64,000 bases of DNA from Myxococcota bacterium (GCA_965228475.1 OZ245817.1:3264001-3328000), one strand, 5' to 3'; shown: positions 1-9,338, counted from the stretch's first letter. The notes: generated from the letters alone by a model not told the origin. Translations and numbers: made by a program.

Positions 1-1
1 C

Positions 2-355
2 TCGGGCGGCCGCGGCCTCGGCGCCCCGGAGAAGTTCCCGGAGATCGTGCAGCCCCTCGCCGACGCCCTCGGCGGCGCGATGGGTGCCTCCCGCCCGGTG
101 GTCGACGCCGGCTGGCTCCCGCACGAGTACCAGGTCGGCTCCTCGGGCCAGGTGGTTACGCCGAAGCTCTACATCGCGGTCGGCATCTCGGGTGCGATCC
201 AGCACCTCGTCGGCATGAAGGGTTCGAACTTCATCATCGCGATCAACAAGGATCCGGATGCACCGATCTTCGAGGTCGCGGACCTCGGGGTCGTCGCCGA
301 CCTGTTCGAGATCGTGCCGGCGCTGACCTCGGCGGTGGCCGCCGCCAAGGGCTGA
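2..355 (+). CDS. etfA: Electron transfer flavoprotein alpha subunit, C-terminal part (5' end outside window)
   Basis: [56 protein letters not shown], the FAD-binding signature of ETF-alpha. Confidence 0.95.
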   Translation, partial: SGGRGLGAPEKFPEIVQPLADALGGAMGASRPVVDAGWLPHEYQVGSSGQVVTPKLYIAVGISGAIQHLVGMKGSNFIIAINKDPDAPIFEVADLGVVADLFEIVPALTSAVAAAKG

Positions 356-385
356 ACGCCCGGACCCGAGGCTGAACGCCCGGAC
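350..385. repeat. 16-bp direct repeat GGCTGAACGCCCGGAC x2 spanning the etfA stop
   Basis: Copies at 350-365 and 370-385. Confidence 0.8.
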
Positions 386-445
386 AGAAGGCGAACCCGG
401 TTCCCTCGACGGGGAAACGAAACGGGTTTCGCTTTCGCAACCTCG

Positions 446-482
446 ACGGGGCGCTGCGTTGGACGCAGCGCCCCGTTTCGTT
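446..482 (+). terminator. Perfect 14-bp hairpin, probable terminator after etfA
   Basis: ACGGGGCGCTGCGT-TGG-ACGCAGCGCCCCGT followed by TTCGTT. Confidence 0.6.
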
Positions 483-726
483 GCGCACTCGACGCCAGAT
501 CGCCGTTGACCGGCGCCCGGCCTTGCGACAACTTCAAGCGAGTGAGAGGTCGTCCGCAGGTCGTACCGGAACCCCCTCCCGGTCCTTGTGCATCGTTTCC
601 TTGAGATTCGTTCGACGCGCTCGTTCTTGAACTCACGCTGTCTCCGCCGTGCATCGGACGCCCTCTCGGCGCCGAAGCACGCCACGTCGGGCGGAAGAAC
701 CGCTCGGCAGTTCGAAAGGAATCGTC

Positions 727-1623
727 ATTCCCCGCCGGATCGCGTTCATCAATGAAAAAGGGGGAAGCGCCAAGACGACGCTGGTGGCGAACCTCGGCGC
801 GTACCTCGCGCGCTCGCGCGGACGGCGCGTGCTGGCCATCGACATGGACCCCCAGGGCCAGCTCGGCAAGGTGTTCGGCATCGACGTGCGGCGAACGACC
901 CGCTCCTCGATCGACCTGCTGCTCGACAGCCTGCTCGACGACGCTTCGCTCGACGTGCCGGGGCCGCGGCCCGGGACCGGGGGCACCGAGCCGCCCGGGC
1001 TGCCGATCGTCGCGACGCGCATCCCGAACCTCGACCTGATCGTTGCGAACAAGGCGCTGTCGCTCTTCCCCTCCTGGGACGGCGGCGACGGCGACGCCAC
1101 GAACCGTCTCCGCGCGACCCTGCGCGCCTTCGCCGGCCTCGACGCCTACGACTTCGTGCTCTTCGACGCGCCGCCCTCCTTCGGCCCGCTCACGCTGAAC
1201 GTGCTGCGCGCCGCCGACGAGCTCGTCGTTCCCGTCCCGCTGACCTTCCTCGCCCTCGACGGCTGCGCGGAGCTCACGCGCAGCGTCTCGATGGTGCGCG
1301 CCCGCTACGGCCACCGGAGCCTGCGCATCTCGATGGTGATCCCCACGTTCTACCGGCGCACGCGCATGGCCCACGAAGTGCTCGAACAGCTGAAGCGCCG
1401 CTTCCCGAAGGAGCTCGCACAGACCGTCGTCGGCTACCACGTGAAGATCGACGAGGCGCAGTCCCGCGGGCTCTCGATCTTCGAGTACGCCCCGAACACG
1501 CGCGGTGCGCGCGCCATGGCGGCGCTCGCCGAAGAGCTCGAGAGCCGCGCGGTCGACTCGGAAGCAAGAACGCTCGAAGGAGCCGGCGCCGTCCCGCCGA
1601 CGACCGGCCGGAGCGCATCGTGA
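727..1623 (+). CDS. Orphan ParA/Soj-family ATPase (probable ATT start at 727; alternative GTG 649)
   Basis: Deviant Walker [31 protein letters not shown], Walker B region; AAAGGA SD 6 nt before ATT. Confidence 0.9.
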   Translation: MPRRIAFINEKGGSAKTTLVANLGAYLARSRGRRVLAIDMDPQGQLGKVFGIDVRRTTRSSIDLLLDSLLDDASLDVPGPRPGTGGTEPPGLPIVATRIPNLDLIVANKALSLFPSWDGGDGDATNRLRATLRAFAGLDAYDFVLFDAPPSFGPLTLNVLRAADELVVPVPLTFLALDGCAELTRSVSMVRARYGHRSLRISMVIPTFYRRTRMAHEVLEQLKRRFPKELAQTVVGYHVKIDEAQSRGLSIFEYAPNTRGARAMAALAEELESRAVDSEARTLEGAGAVPPTTGRSAS

Positions 1624-2810
1624 GCACGCCGAACCAGCCCGACGTGCTGTGGCTCGACGGCATGCCCGACGAGGCCGTCGTGCTTCCCTCCGGAGAGCCG
1701 CGCCGCGCCCTCGGGCGTGATCCCTTCGACGAGCCCGAGGGCCCGGACGCCTTCGAGAGCGCGCTCCGCGCACGCAGCGGGGCGCCGGCCGAGGCGCGCG
1801 GACCGGAGACTCCCGTGCCCGCCCCCGAGCCCGCGGCACTCGACGCCCCCGAGCCCGATGCGCCCGACGTCACCGAATCCGACGCGCTCGACGCACGGGA
1901 GGACGACCTCACCCGCGGACGGCGGCGCAGAGGCTACTGCCGGACGCCCCGGGTCGACGAAGTCGAACTCACCGCACCCGAGAGCCTCGCCGAACGCATG
2001 CTCTCCGAGGACGTCCGCCGGCGCCTCGGCGCGCTCACCCATCTCGTCGAGGGCGGCGCGCCCTACGACCGCTACGGCTTCTCCCCCGCCGCCGCCCAGA
2101 CGGCCTTCCCGTTCTTCCTCGCGCTCTATCGCCACTACTTCCGCGTCGAGAGCCGCGGCCACGAGAACATCCCCACCGAGGGCCCGGCCGTGCTCGCCGC
2201 GAACCACGGAGGCCTCCTGCCCTTCGACGGCGCGATGACCGTGGTCGACACCCTGCTGAACAGCGACCCGCCGCGCCTGCCGCGCGCGGTCGTCGACCGC
2301 TGGGCCGGCGCCCTCCCCTTCGTGAACGTCTTCTTCGCCCGGGTCGGCCAGGTGATCGGCACGCGCGAGAACGTGAACGACCTGCTCGACGACGGGCAGC
2401 TCCTGCTCGTCTTCCCCGAAGGCATGTCGGGCGTGCGCAAGCGCATCACCCAGCGCTACCGCGTGCAGCGCTTCTACAAGGGCTTCGTCGAGGCTGCTCT
2501 GCGCGCCGACGCCCCGATCGTCCCCATGGCGATCGTCGGCAGCGACGACCAGGCGCCGATCCTCTACGACTTCCAGGGGCTCGCCAAAGCCCTCGGCCTG
2601 CCCTCCTTCCCGATCACGCCGACCTTCCCGTGGCTCGGCCCGGCGGGGCTCCTGCCCTACCCGGTGCGCTACGAGATCGTCTACGGCGAGCCGCTCGCCT
2701 TCCACGAACGCTTCGGCCCCGAGGGCGCGGAGGACCCGCAGCTCGTCCGCTACCTCGCGAACCAGGTGCGGCGCGAGGTCCAGCGGCTCCTGGACCGTAA
2801 CCGGCGATGA
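1620..2810 (+). CDS. Lysophospholipid/glycerolipid acyltransferase (PlsC/DGAT-like) with long acidic N-terminal extension
   Basis: [10 protein letters not shown] (HxxxxD-type) and FPEG motifs, DRYGF motif; GTGA overlap with parA stop. Confidence 0.88.
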   Translation: MSTPNQPDVLWLDGMPDEAVVLPSGEPRRALGRDPFDEPEGPDAFESALRARSGAPAEARGPETPVPAPEPAALDAPEPDAPDVTESDALDAREDDLTRGRRRRGYCRTPRVDEVELTAPESLAERMLSEDVRRRLGALTHLVEGGAPYDRYGFSPAAAQTAFPFFLALYRHYFRVESRGHENIPTEGPAVLAANHGGLLPFDGAMTVVDTLLNSDPPRLPRAVVDRWAGALPFVNVFFARVGQVIGTRENVNDLLDDGQLLLVFPEGMSGVRKRITQRYRVQRFYKGFVEAALRADAPIVPMAIVGSDDQAPILYDFQGLAKALGLPSFPITPTFPWLGPAGLLPYPVRYEIVYGEPLAFHERFGPEGAEDPQLVRYLANQVRREVQRLLDRNRR

Positions 2811-2820
2811 GGGAGCGGCG

Positions 2821-3837
2821 ATGAGCCCGCGCCGCGTCCTCGTGACCCACGCGGACGAGCCGATCGGCCGCCGGGTCGTGAAGCAGCTCCTCCACGACCC
2901 GGAGGTGGCGACGGTCCTCGGCATCGGGGACGGACAGGCGCCCCGGGCCTTCGACCGCTTCATCGCCGAGACCCCGAGCCGCTTCGCCTACGCGCGGGTC
3001 GATCTCGCACGACACCGCTCGGCGACGGACTTCTTCCACTCGAGCCGCTTCAGGGAGATCGGCGTCGACGCGGTCGTCCACGTCCCGGGCCACGCGGCGC
3101 GCGAAGCGGGCCCGCCCGTGGTGGCCGGGCTCCCGGTGCGGACCGCCGAAGCGCGCATGGTGCTTCAGCACGCCCTCGCGACGCCCTCGGTCGAGAGCCT
3201 GCTCGCGCTGGGAAGCGCCTTCGTCTACCGGATGGCACCCGGCAACGCGAACCGACTCGAGGAAACGAGCGAACTCAACCTCGACCCGGATCTCTCCCCC
3301 GAGCTCCGCTCCTGGATCGACTGCGACATGATCTTCCACGGCGAGATCGGCAGCGACCGCCTGCGCGTCGCCCTCCTCCGGGTGCCGACGGTCGTCGCCT
3401 CGGGCGGGTACGTGTATTGGAACCCGTGGCTCTCGGGCCCGCCGGGCCCGCGGCCGCGGCCCCTCGGCTTCGACCCGATGTGTCCGCTGCTCTGCGACAA
3501 GGACGTCGCGAAGGCCATCCAGAGCGCCCTCCACAGCCAGGCGTCCGGGGTCTACAACGTCGCGGGGCGCGAATCCGTCCCGCTCTCGGTGCTCGGCCAA
3601 TGGACGGGCCGCCCCGGCGTTCCGCTGCCGGGGCCGACGCTCGGCTGGCTCGCCGGCGCCGCGCGGCTGCTCGGCGGCAAGGCCTTCCCGGCCGGGCTCG
3701 ACGGCGCGGAGCTGCGCTACGGCTTCTCCCTCGACACGCGCCGCATCGAGCGCGAGCTCGGCTTCCGGCCGCGCTACCACGTCGGCCTCGCCCAGGCCGG
3801 CGACGGGCGCCGGCGGCTCGAGACCTCCCCGGCCTGA
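2821..3837 (+). CDS. NAD-dependent epimerase/dehydratase-like (extended SDR) protein with degenerate motifs
   Basis: RVLVT start, LRVPTVV, DVAKAI..GVYNVAG, LDTRRIERELGFRP; GxxGxxG and YxxxK not conserved. Confidence 0.75.
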   Translation: MSPRRVLVTHADEPIGRRVVKQLLHDPEVATVLGIGDGQAPRAFDRFIAETPSRFAYARVDLARHRSATDFFHSSRFREIGVDAVVHVPGHAAREAGPPVVAGLPVRTAEARMVLQHALATPSVESLLALGSAFVYRMAPGNANRLEETSELNLDPDLSPELRSWIDCDMIFHGEIGSDRLRVALLRVPTVVASGGYVYWNPWLSGPPGPRPRPLGFDPMCPLLCDKDVAKAIQSALHSQASGVYNVAGRESVPLSVLGQWTGRPGVPLPGPTLGWLAGAARLLGGKAFPAGLDGAELRYGFSLDTRRIERELGFRPRYHVGLAQAGDGRRRLETSPA

Positions 3838-3937
3838 GCGCGGCGGCCTCGCCCGGCCGCGAAGGGCTCGCTATCCTGCGCGCTTCCCGAGGCCCGGCCG
3901 TCGCGGCCTCGTCCCCGAAAGCTCCGAGGTACCGAAC

Positions 3938-4504
3938 GTGGCGGTCGACACGTCCCAGTTCAAGAACGGTCTGCGCATCGAACTCGATGGCCAGCCCTTC
4001 ACCATCACCTACTTCCAGCACGTGAAGCCCGGCAAGGGCGGCGCCTTCGTCCGCACGAAGGTGAAGAACCTGCTGAACGGCAAGGTGCTCGACAAGACCT
4101 TCCGCGCCGGCGAGAAGGTCGACGAAGCCGACGTCGAGGACCGCAAGATGCAGTACCTCTACCAGGACGGCGAGAACCTCGTGTTCATGGACAACACGAG
4201 CTACGACCAGATTCCGATCCCCGCCGAGCAGGTGGGCGACGACGTGAAGTTCCTCAAGGAGAACGACGACGTCGACGTGCTCTTCTGGCGCGGGAAGCCC
4301 ACCAACGTGACGCTCCCGGCCTTCATCCAGGCGGTCATCACCCAGTGCGACCCGGGCCTGAAGGGCGACACGGCCAGCAACACGACCAAGCCGGCCACGA
4401 TCGAGACCGGCGCGGTGGTCCAGGTCCCGCTCTTCATCAAGGAAGGCGAGACCATCCGGGTCGACACCCGCACGCGGGCGTACGTGGAGCGCGTGGCGAG
4501 CTGA
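3938..4504 (+). CDS. efp: Translation elongation factor P
   Basis: HVKPGKGGAFVRTK, MQYLYQDG, KPATIETG..VQVPLFI..IRVDTR. Confidence 0.98.
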   Translation: MAVDTSQFKNGLRIELDGQPFTITYFQHVKPGKGGAFVRTKVKNLLNGKVLDKTFRAGEKVDEADVEDRKMQYLYQDGENLVFMDNTSYDQIPIPAEQVGDDVKFLKENDDVDVLFWRGKPTNVTLPAFIQAVITQCDPGLKGDTASNTTKPATIETGAVVQVPLFIKEGETIRVDTRTRAYVERVAS

Positions 4505-4575
4505 AGTGGAGATCGTGTCGCTTTCGTGACACGCACCGGTGCGCCGCGGCCACTCCCTCCAGGAGGTTCCGCCCG

Positions 4576-5550
4576 TTGCGCCGATTTCGCCGACTTCGAC
4601 TCCTGCTGACGTTTTGCCTGTTGTTTGCCTCTCCGGCCCTCGCCCGGGCCGGGAGCTTCACGGCCATGACCTACAACGTGGCCGGCCTCCCCACGCTTTT
4701 CGGCGGCGAGGGTGAGCTCAACAACATCCACGTCAGCCCGCTCCTGAACGGCTACGACATGGTCCTCATCCAGGAGGACTTCCTCTTCCACGACGATCTC
4801 ACGAGCGCGATCGACTACCCCTACGTCACGCCCAAGGACACGAGCGGCGTCATCGAATCCGGCGACGGCCTGATCCGGATGACCGAACACCCCTTCTCCG
4901 AGTTCCAGCGCGTGACCTGGGTCGAGTGCTTCGGCTTCACCACCAACGCGAGCGACTGCCTGACCCCCAAGGGTTTCTCCGTGGCGCGCCACGAGATCGA
5001 GCCCGGCGTCTTCCTCGACGTCTACAACCTCCACGCGGAAGCGGGCGGCGCCCAGGAGGACATCGACGCCCGGGTGGCCGGCCTGCGCCAGCTCGTCGAT
5101 TTCGCCGAGGTCTTCTCGGACGGCAACGCGATCGTGATGGGCGGCGACTGGAACAGCCGCTTCACCGACCCGACCGACATCCTGCCCGAGGTGATGGCCG
5201 ACCTCGGCCTCTCGGACGCCTGGGTCGAGTTCGTGCTCGGCGGGACGCTCCCGCCGCTCGGGCCGCGCATCGACGACTGCGTCGCCGACGGCTACTCGGG
5301 AGCCGACTGCGAGATCATCGACAAGTTCTTCTACCGCAGCAGCGCGGACCTCGAGCTCTCCGTCCTCGACTACGACGTGCCCCGCGACGCGTTCAGCGAC
5401 GCGAACGGCGTGCCGCTCTCGGACCACGATCCGATCGTCGTGACCTTCGGCTTCGAGGCCGTCCCCGAGCCCGCGCCCCTGGCGCTGCTCGGGCTCGCCG
5501 CCCTGGCCCTGCGCTCCCGCTCGGCCGTTCGCCTCCGCCGCACACGCTAG
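4576..5550 (+). CDS. Secreted endonuclease/exonuclease/phosphatase (sphingomyelinase-like) with PEP-CTERM sorting signal
   Basis: AGGAGG SD then TTG 4576; signal peptide; TYNVAGLP, IQEDF, YNLH, GDWN, IDK, SDH motifs; C-terminal VPEP-TM-basic tail. Confidence 0.85.
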   Translation: MRRFRRLRLLLTFCLLFASPALARAGSFTAMTYNVAGLPTLFGGEGELNNIHVSPLLNGYDMVLIQEDFLFHDDLTSAIDYPYVTPKDTSGVIESGDGLIRMTEHPFSEFQRVTWVECFGFTTNASDCLTPKGFSVARHEIEPGVFLDVYNLHAEAGGAQEDIDARVAGLRQLVDFAEVFSDGNAIVMGGDWNSRFTDPTDILPEVMADLGLSDAWVEFVLGGTLPPLGPRIDDCVADGYSGADCEIIDKFFYRSSADLELSVLDYDVPRDAFSDANGVPLSDHDPIVVTFGFEAVPEPAPLALLGLAALALRSRSAVRLRRTR

Positions 5551-5561
5551 ACTCCACCCCC

Positions 5562-6536
5562 ATGCGGGGGGACCAGCTCGCTCGCCAATGGCGCCTGATC
5601 CAACGCCTCGCCCACAGCCGCGTGGGCGCGACGCCGGACGACCTCGCCGAGGATCTCGGCTGCGTCCGCCGCACGGTCTACCGCGACCTCGACGCGCTCA
5701 TGTTCGCGGGCTTCCCGGTCGTCTCCGAGAAGCGCGACGGCCACGTCTACTACCGCTTCCTCGACAGCTTCGGCATGGGCGACGTGCCCTTCACGCCGGA
5801 CGAGATCCTCGCCCTCGCCTTCGGCGCGGACCTCCTGCGGACCCTCGAAGGCACGGTCTTCCACGACTCCGTGCAGTCGGCGCTCGGGAAGATCCGGGCG
5901 GGGCTCTCCCCGGAGCTCACGCGCTTCCTCGAGCAGCTCGGGGAATCATTCAAGATCCTGCCCGGCCCCCACAAGCGCTACGCCGACTACCGCGAAACCA
6001 TCCAGGTGCTGAACGACGCCGTGCTCGAGCGCGCGAGCGTCCGCATGCGCTACCGCACGGGCCGCACCGGCGAGACCGCCGAGCGCGGCCTCGACCCCTA
6101 CCGGGTCTGGTACCGGAGCGGCGGCCTCTACGTCGTCGGGCACGACCACCGCTCCGGGGAGATCCGCACCTTCGCCGTCGAGCGGATCGAGCGGATCGAG
6201 CCGAGCGGCGAGACGTTCCGCATCCGGGAGGACTTCGACTTCGAGGCCTACGTGGGCCAGGCCTTCGGCGTCATGTCCGAGCCCGCCCAGCGCGTGCGGA
6301 TCCGCTTCACCAAGACCTGGACGCCCCACGTCACCGAGCGCCAGTGGCACCCGAGCCAGAAGCTCGAACCCCTCCCCGACGGCGGCACCGAACTCACCAT
6401 GGAAGTCGGCGGCCTCCTCGAGCTCCAGAGCTGGGTCCTCTCCTTCGGAACCGGCGCCGAGGTCCTAGAACCCAAAACGCTCCGCGACGGCGTCCGCTCG
6501 TCCCTTCAGGAAGCTCTGTCCATCTACGAGACGTGA
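5562..6536 (+). CDS. HTH-WYL-WCX transcriptional regulator (PafB/DriD-like)
   Basis: RRTVYRDLDAL HTH; LDPYRV..GLYVVGHDH..EIRTFAVERI WYL; WVLSFGTGAEVLEP WCX. Confidence 0.93.
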   Translation: MRGDQLARQWRLIQRLAHSRVGATPDDLAEDLGCVRRTVYRDLDALMFAGFPVVSEKRDGHVYYRFLDSFGMGDVPFTPDEILALAFGADLLRTLEGTVFHDSVQSALGKIRAGLSPELTRFLEQLGESFKILPGPHKRYADYRETIQVLNDAVLERASVRMRYRTGRTGETAERGLDPYRVWYRSGGLYVVGHDHRSGEIRTFAVERIERIEPSGETFRIREDFDFEAYVGQAFGVMSEPAQRVRIRFTKTWTPHVTERQWHPSQKLEPLPDGGTELTMEVGGLLELQSWVLSFGTGAEVLEPKTLRDGVRSSLQEALSIYET

Positions 6537-6545
6537 CAACCATGA

Positions 6546-6649
6546 GGGCGGGGGCAGGACCCCCATCCGGCACCGTAAACCACGCCCAAGAGCCCGCGCC
6601 GAGCCAACGCCCAAAACGCCGGTGCCGGATGGGGGTCCTGCCCCCGCCC
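6546..6649. repeat. Perfect 30-bp inverted repeat with 44-nt spacer (REPIN/MITE-like)
   Basis: GGGCGGGGGCAGGACCCCCATCCGGCACCG at 6546-6575 and its exact reverse complement at 6620-6649. Confidence 0.85.
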
Positions 6650-6690
6650 GGCACCAAGCCACGGTCAAAGATCCTCGGAGTCAGCCGCCC

Positions 6691-7770
6691 CTAGGAGAGC
6701 GGCATCTGGAACCCCGTCTCCGGCAGCGTCTGCCGCTGCTTGCCCCAGAGCATCCCCAGGTCCCGGTACTTCTGCTCCGTCCGCTCCGTGACCAGCCCGA
6801 GGTTGCGCAGGTTCGGCATGACGGTGTGCATGTACATCAGGCTGTTCAGCTCGGCGAAGTTCGGCATCGACGTCGTCGCCATCACGATGTTCTTCGGGTC
6901 GATGTCGTACTTCGGACCGAGCAGCTGGAGCATGTCGAGCTGCTGGTTCGCGTTCAGCGCCTCGAGAATGCTGAAGGCGAAGTCCTCCATCTCTTCCATC
7001 TGCTCGGGCTCGGCTTCGCGCACGACGCGCCGCATGGTCAGCACGCCGAAGGCCGCGTGGCGCGCCTCGTCCTGCTCGACGCGGCGGAGCATGTCGCTGA
7101 AGAGCGGGTTCGCCGACTCCTGTCGCATGAAGTCGAAGATGCCGACCGCGACGCCCTCGAACAGGCACTGCATGCCGAGCGTCTTGGTCTGGGCGGAATC
7201 GGCCGCGAGCAGCGAATCGAGCAGCACCTTCAGCGTGGGCCCGATCGGGTAGATCGTCCCCATCTTGCGATGCTGGAACTTCGAGAGCGCTTCGATGTGG
7301 CGCGCCTCGTCGGCCACCTGGCTCGCCGCGTACCACTTCTCGTCCATCTTCTCGCACACGTTCGTGAGCTGACCGCAGAGCTGGAGCGCGGCCTGCTCGC
7401 CGTGCAGGAGCTGGGAGAGCGTGTAGTTCAGCTCGTCGAAGGCCGCGGCCTTCTGGGTCGCCTCGTCCTTGCCCATCATCTTGCAGATCTGGGCGAGCAT
7501 CGAGCCCTCGGGCTTCAGGACCCAATCGTCCTTGCTGACCGGGATCGACCAGTCGAGGTCGCTCTCGGCGTTCCACTGGTTGACCTTGCCCTTCTCGTAG
7601 AGGCGGCGCAGCTCCTCGACCTCGCTGCCGTACTCCCACGTCCAGTGGAGCTCGACCGGCGCGTCGACGTCCGTCTGGTTGCGCAGGGCTTGGATGCGGT
7701 CTTCATCGACGAACTCGATGACTTCGAAGTTGCCGAACTTCTGACGCTGCTCTTCCAGGATCTTCTTCAT
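6691..7770 (-). CDS. Ferritin-like diiron protein (AurF/acyl-desaturase-like superfamily)
   Basis: HGEQAAL, DEARH twice, EG(V)A diiron ligands; ATGA overlap with the upstream TetR stop. Confidence 0.85.
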   Translation of the reverse strand: MKKILEEQRQKFGNFEVIEFVDEDRIQALRNQTDVDAPVELHWTWEYGSEVEELRRLYEKGKVNQWNAESDLDWSIPVSKDDWVLKPEGSMLAQICKMMGKDEATQKAAAFDELNYTLSQLLHGEQAALQLCGQLTNVCEKMDEKWYAASQVADEARHIEALSKFQHRKMGTIYPIGPTLKVLLDSLLAADSAQTKTLGMQCLFEGVAVGIFDFMRQESANPLFSDMLRRVEQDEARHAAFGVLTMRRVVREAEPEQMEEMEDFAFSILEALNANQQLDMLQLLGPKYDIDPKNIVMATTSMPNFAELNSLMYMHTVMPNLRNLGLVTERTEQKYRDLGMLWGKQRQTLPETGFQMPLS

Positions 7771-8423
7771 GACGTTCCTTCTCCATGGGCGGCTTCGGGG
7801 TGCAACCCCGCACGCAAGAGTTGCTTGACTTCGTCGCGGCGCGCGCGCACCGCCTCCGCGGAAAGCAGCGGGCGGCCGAGCACGCCTTCGCCGAGATCCC
7901 CGGACGCGAAGTGGTAGACGGTCGCGCCGATCAAAGTCTGGATCGTGTGGCCGACGGAGACGGAACGAAGCTCCCCGTTCTCGACGCCGGCGCGGATCAA
8001 GTTCGAGATGCCGCCGAGGGCCGAGAGCAGCGCGCGTTCCGCCTGCTGGGCCTCCGGCAGGTCGTCCGCCTCGGGCGGGAGGCTCTCGTCTTCGACCAGG
8101 GCGCGCAGCAGGAGTCGGGCCGAGGGCGGATGCTCGGCGAGGCCGTCGATCAGGCCGTCGACCCAGCGGTCGAGCCGCTCGGGAACGGTGCCGGCGGAGT
8201 CGAGGGCCGGCTGCAGGTGGCCCTGGATCCGCGCCATCACGCGCTGCAGGACCTCGCAGTAGAGCTGGACCTTGCCCGGGAAGTGATGGAAGAGGGAGGA
8301 CTTCGAGAGCCCGGCCGACTGGGCGACCTCGCGCAGGCCCACCCCCGCGTAGCCGCGCCGGGCGAACAGCGCTTCGCCGACGTCGAGCAGCTTCTCGCGG
8401 GTGCTCTGGGGTTCTTGGCTCAA
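7767..8423 (-). CDS. TetR/AcrR family regulator
   Basis: REKLLDVGEALFARRGYAGVGLREVAQSAGLSKSSLFHHFPGK HTH. Confidence 0.93.
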   Translation of the reverse strand: MSQEPQSTREKLLDVGEALFARRGYAGVGLREVAQSAGLSKSSLFHHFPGKVQLYCEVLQRVMARIQGHLQPALDSAGTVPERLDRWVDGLIDGLAEHPPSARLLLRALVEDESLPPEADDLPEAQQAERALLSALGGISNLIRAGVENGELRSVSVGHTIQTLIGATVYHFASGDLGEGVLGRPLLSAEAVRARRDEVKQLLRAGLHPEAAHGEGTS

Positions 8424-8442
8424 CCGGGCCTCCGACGGGACT

Positions 8443-8487
8443 CGACCGATCGGTCGGGACGATACCGACCGATCGGTCGGACGTCAA
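8443..8487 (-). promoter_or_regulatory. sigma70 promoter of tetR (TTGACG-N17-TATCGT) overlapped by two palindromic operators
   Basis: -35 at 8487-8482, -10 at 8464-8459; CGACCGATCGGTCG at 8443-8456 and CCGACCGATCGGTCGG at 8465-8480. Confidence 0.8.
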
Positions 8488-8556
8488 GCCCGGGATGCTA
8501 TACTTAACGAACCCAACCGACCGGGAGTGATGGAAGTGCCTGATTCTTCGGCAGAA

Positions 8557-8706
8557 CTACCGACCGCGCTTGAGAGTGCCCTTTCCAGCGGTCTTGGAGG
8601 CCGGTTTCGTGGCGAGGAGCTTCCGGGCGACCTTCTCGAAGGGGATCGGGTCGCGTTGGGGCTCGTCGGCCTTCTCTTCCGGCTTGGGCTCGTCCGGCTT
8701 CGCCAT
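8557..8706 (-). CDS. Small 49-aa IS passenger protein (not in ORF track)
   Basis: MAKPDEPKPEEKADEPQRDPIPFEKVARKLLATKPASKTAGKGTLKRGR*, translated by hand; co-oriented with the transposase. Confidence 0.5.
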   Translation of the reverse strand: MAKPDEPKPEEKADEPQRDPIPFEKVARKLLATKPASKTAGKGTLKRGR

Positions 8707-8821
8707 GAGCCGGAGGGTAGCGAAGTCGTCACTGAGGCGATGGTGATGGCCGCCTACAGGGTCTTCTATGACGAGTGGGATTCGCTGGATCAGTACTTCA
8801 GTTGCGGCTACCGGGAAGGCT

Positions 8822-9331
8822 TCACTCAGATCTACTTGGCAATGCTTGGCGCAAGTCCTGAACGAATGCGCTCACCTCGTTCGTCAGAATCTCCGCCTCC
8901 CGTGCGAGCGCATAGAGCCCGTCCCGATCCGGCTCCTTGATGGCCGGCGCACCCTTCGACCGCGGCTTCCATGCCTTGAGCACCCCCGTGTCTTCATCGT
9001 GTTCCCAGAGGGAGTGGACGTAGTGGTTTCTCTCTTCAGAGACGTCGCGAATCCTCTGCTCAAGCTCGCTCCAGAGGACACGCCACTTGTCCCCTGGCTC
9101 TGTTCGGTTCTCCACCAAGCCCGCCATGATGTCGATCTTCGTTCGGAAGTTGAGGCGCGCAGTGAGCGCGAACGAGTCCTGATACGAGCCCAGCAGGATC
9201 GCAATCGACCATCCGACCCACGCGTCCAATTCCTGCGTCGAGATCGTCAGTGCGCCGAAGGCAGCAAGGTCTCGCGGCTCGAAGGTGTACCCGGTGAACG
9301 ACTTCCAGCGATCCTCGGCGTCGTCTTCCAC
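8822..9331 (-). CDS. IS passenger protein, putative HEPN-like RNase
   Basis: 169 aa, helical-looking, with ERNHYVHSLW (RxxxxH); starts 7 nt after the transposase stop. Confidence 0.65.
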   Translation of the reverse strand: MEDDAEDRWKSFTGYTFEPRDLAAFGALTISTQELDAWVGWSIAILLGSYQDSFALTARLNFRTKIDIMAGLVENRTEPGDKWRVLWSELEQRIRDVSEERNHYVHSLWEHDEDTGVLKAWKPRSKGAPAIKEPDRDGLYALAREAEILTNEVSAFVQDLRQALPSRSE

Positions 9332-9338
9332 GAGCTAC

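Noticed and set aside
350..480. CRISPR array or ncRNA in the repeats and hairpins after etfA
   Set aside because: Only two 16-bp copies 4 nt apart, no spacers or cas genes; no recognisable RNA family.
727..1623. Chromosome or plasmid partition locus
   Set aside because: No parB, parS palindrome or rep gene adjacent.
5562..6536. WYL regulator as marker of a defence island
   Set aside because: Neighbours are metabolic or surface genes. The only defence-like ORF is inside a separately inserted IS, so a DNA-damage regulator is more likely.
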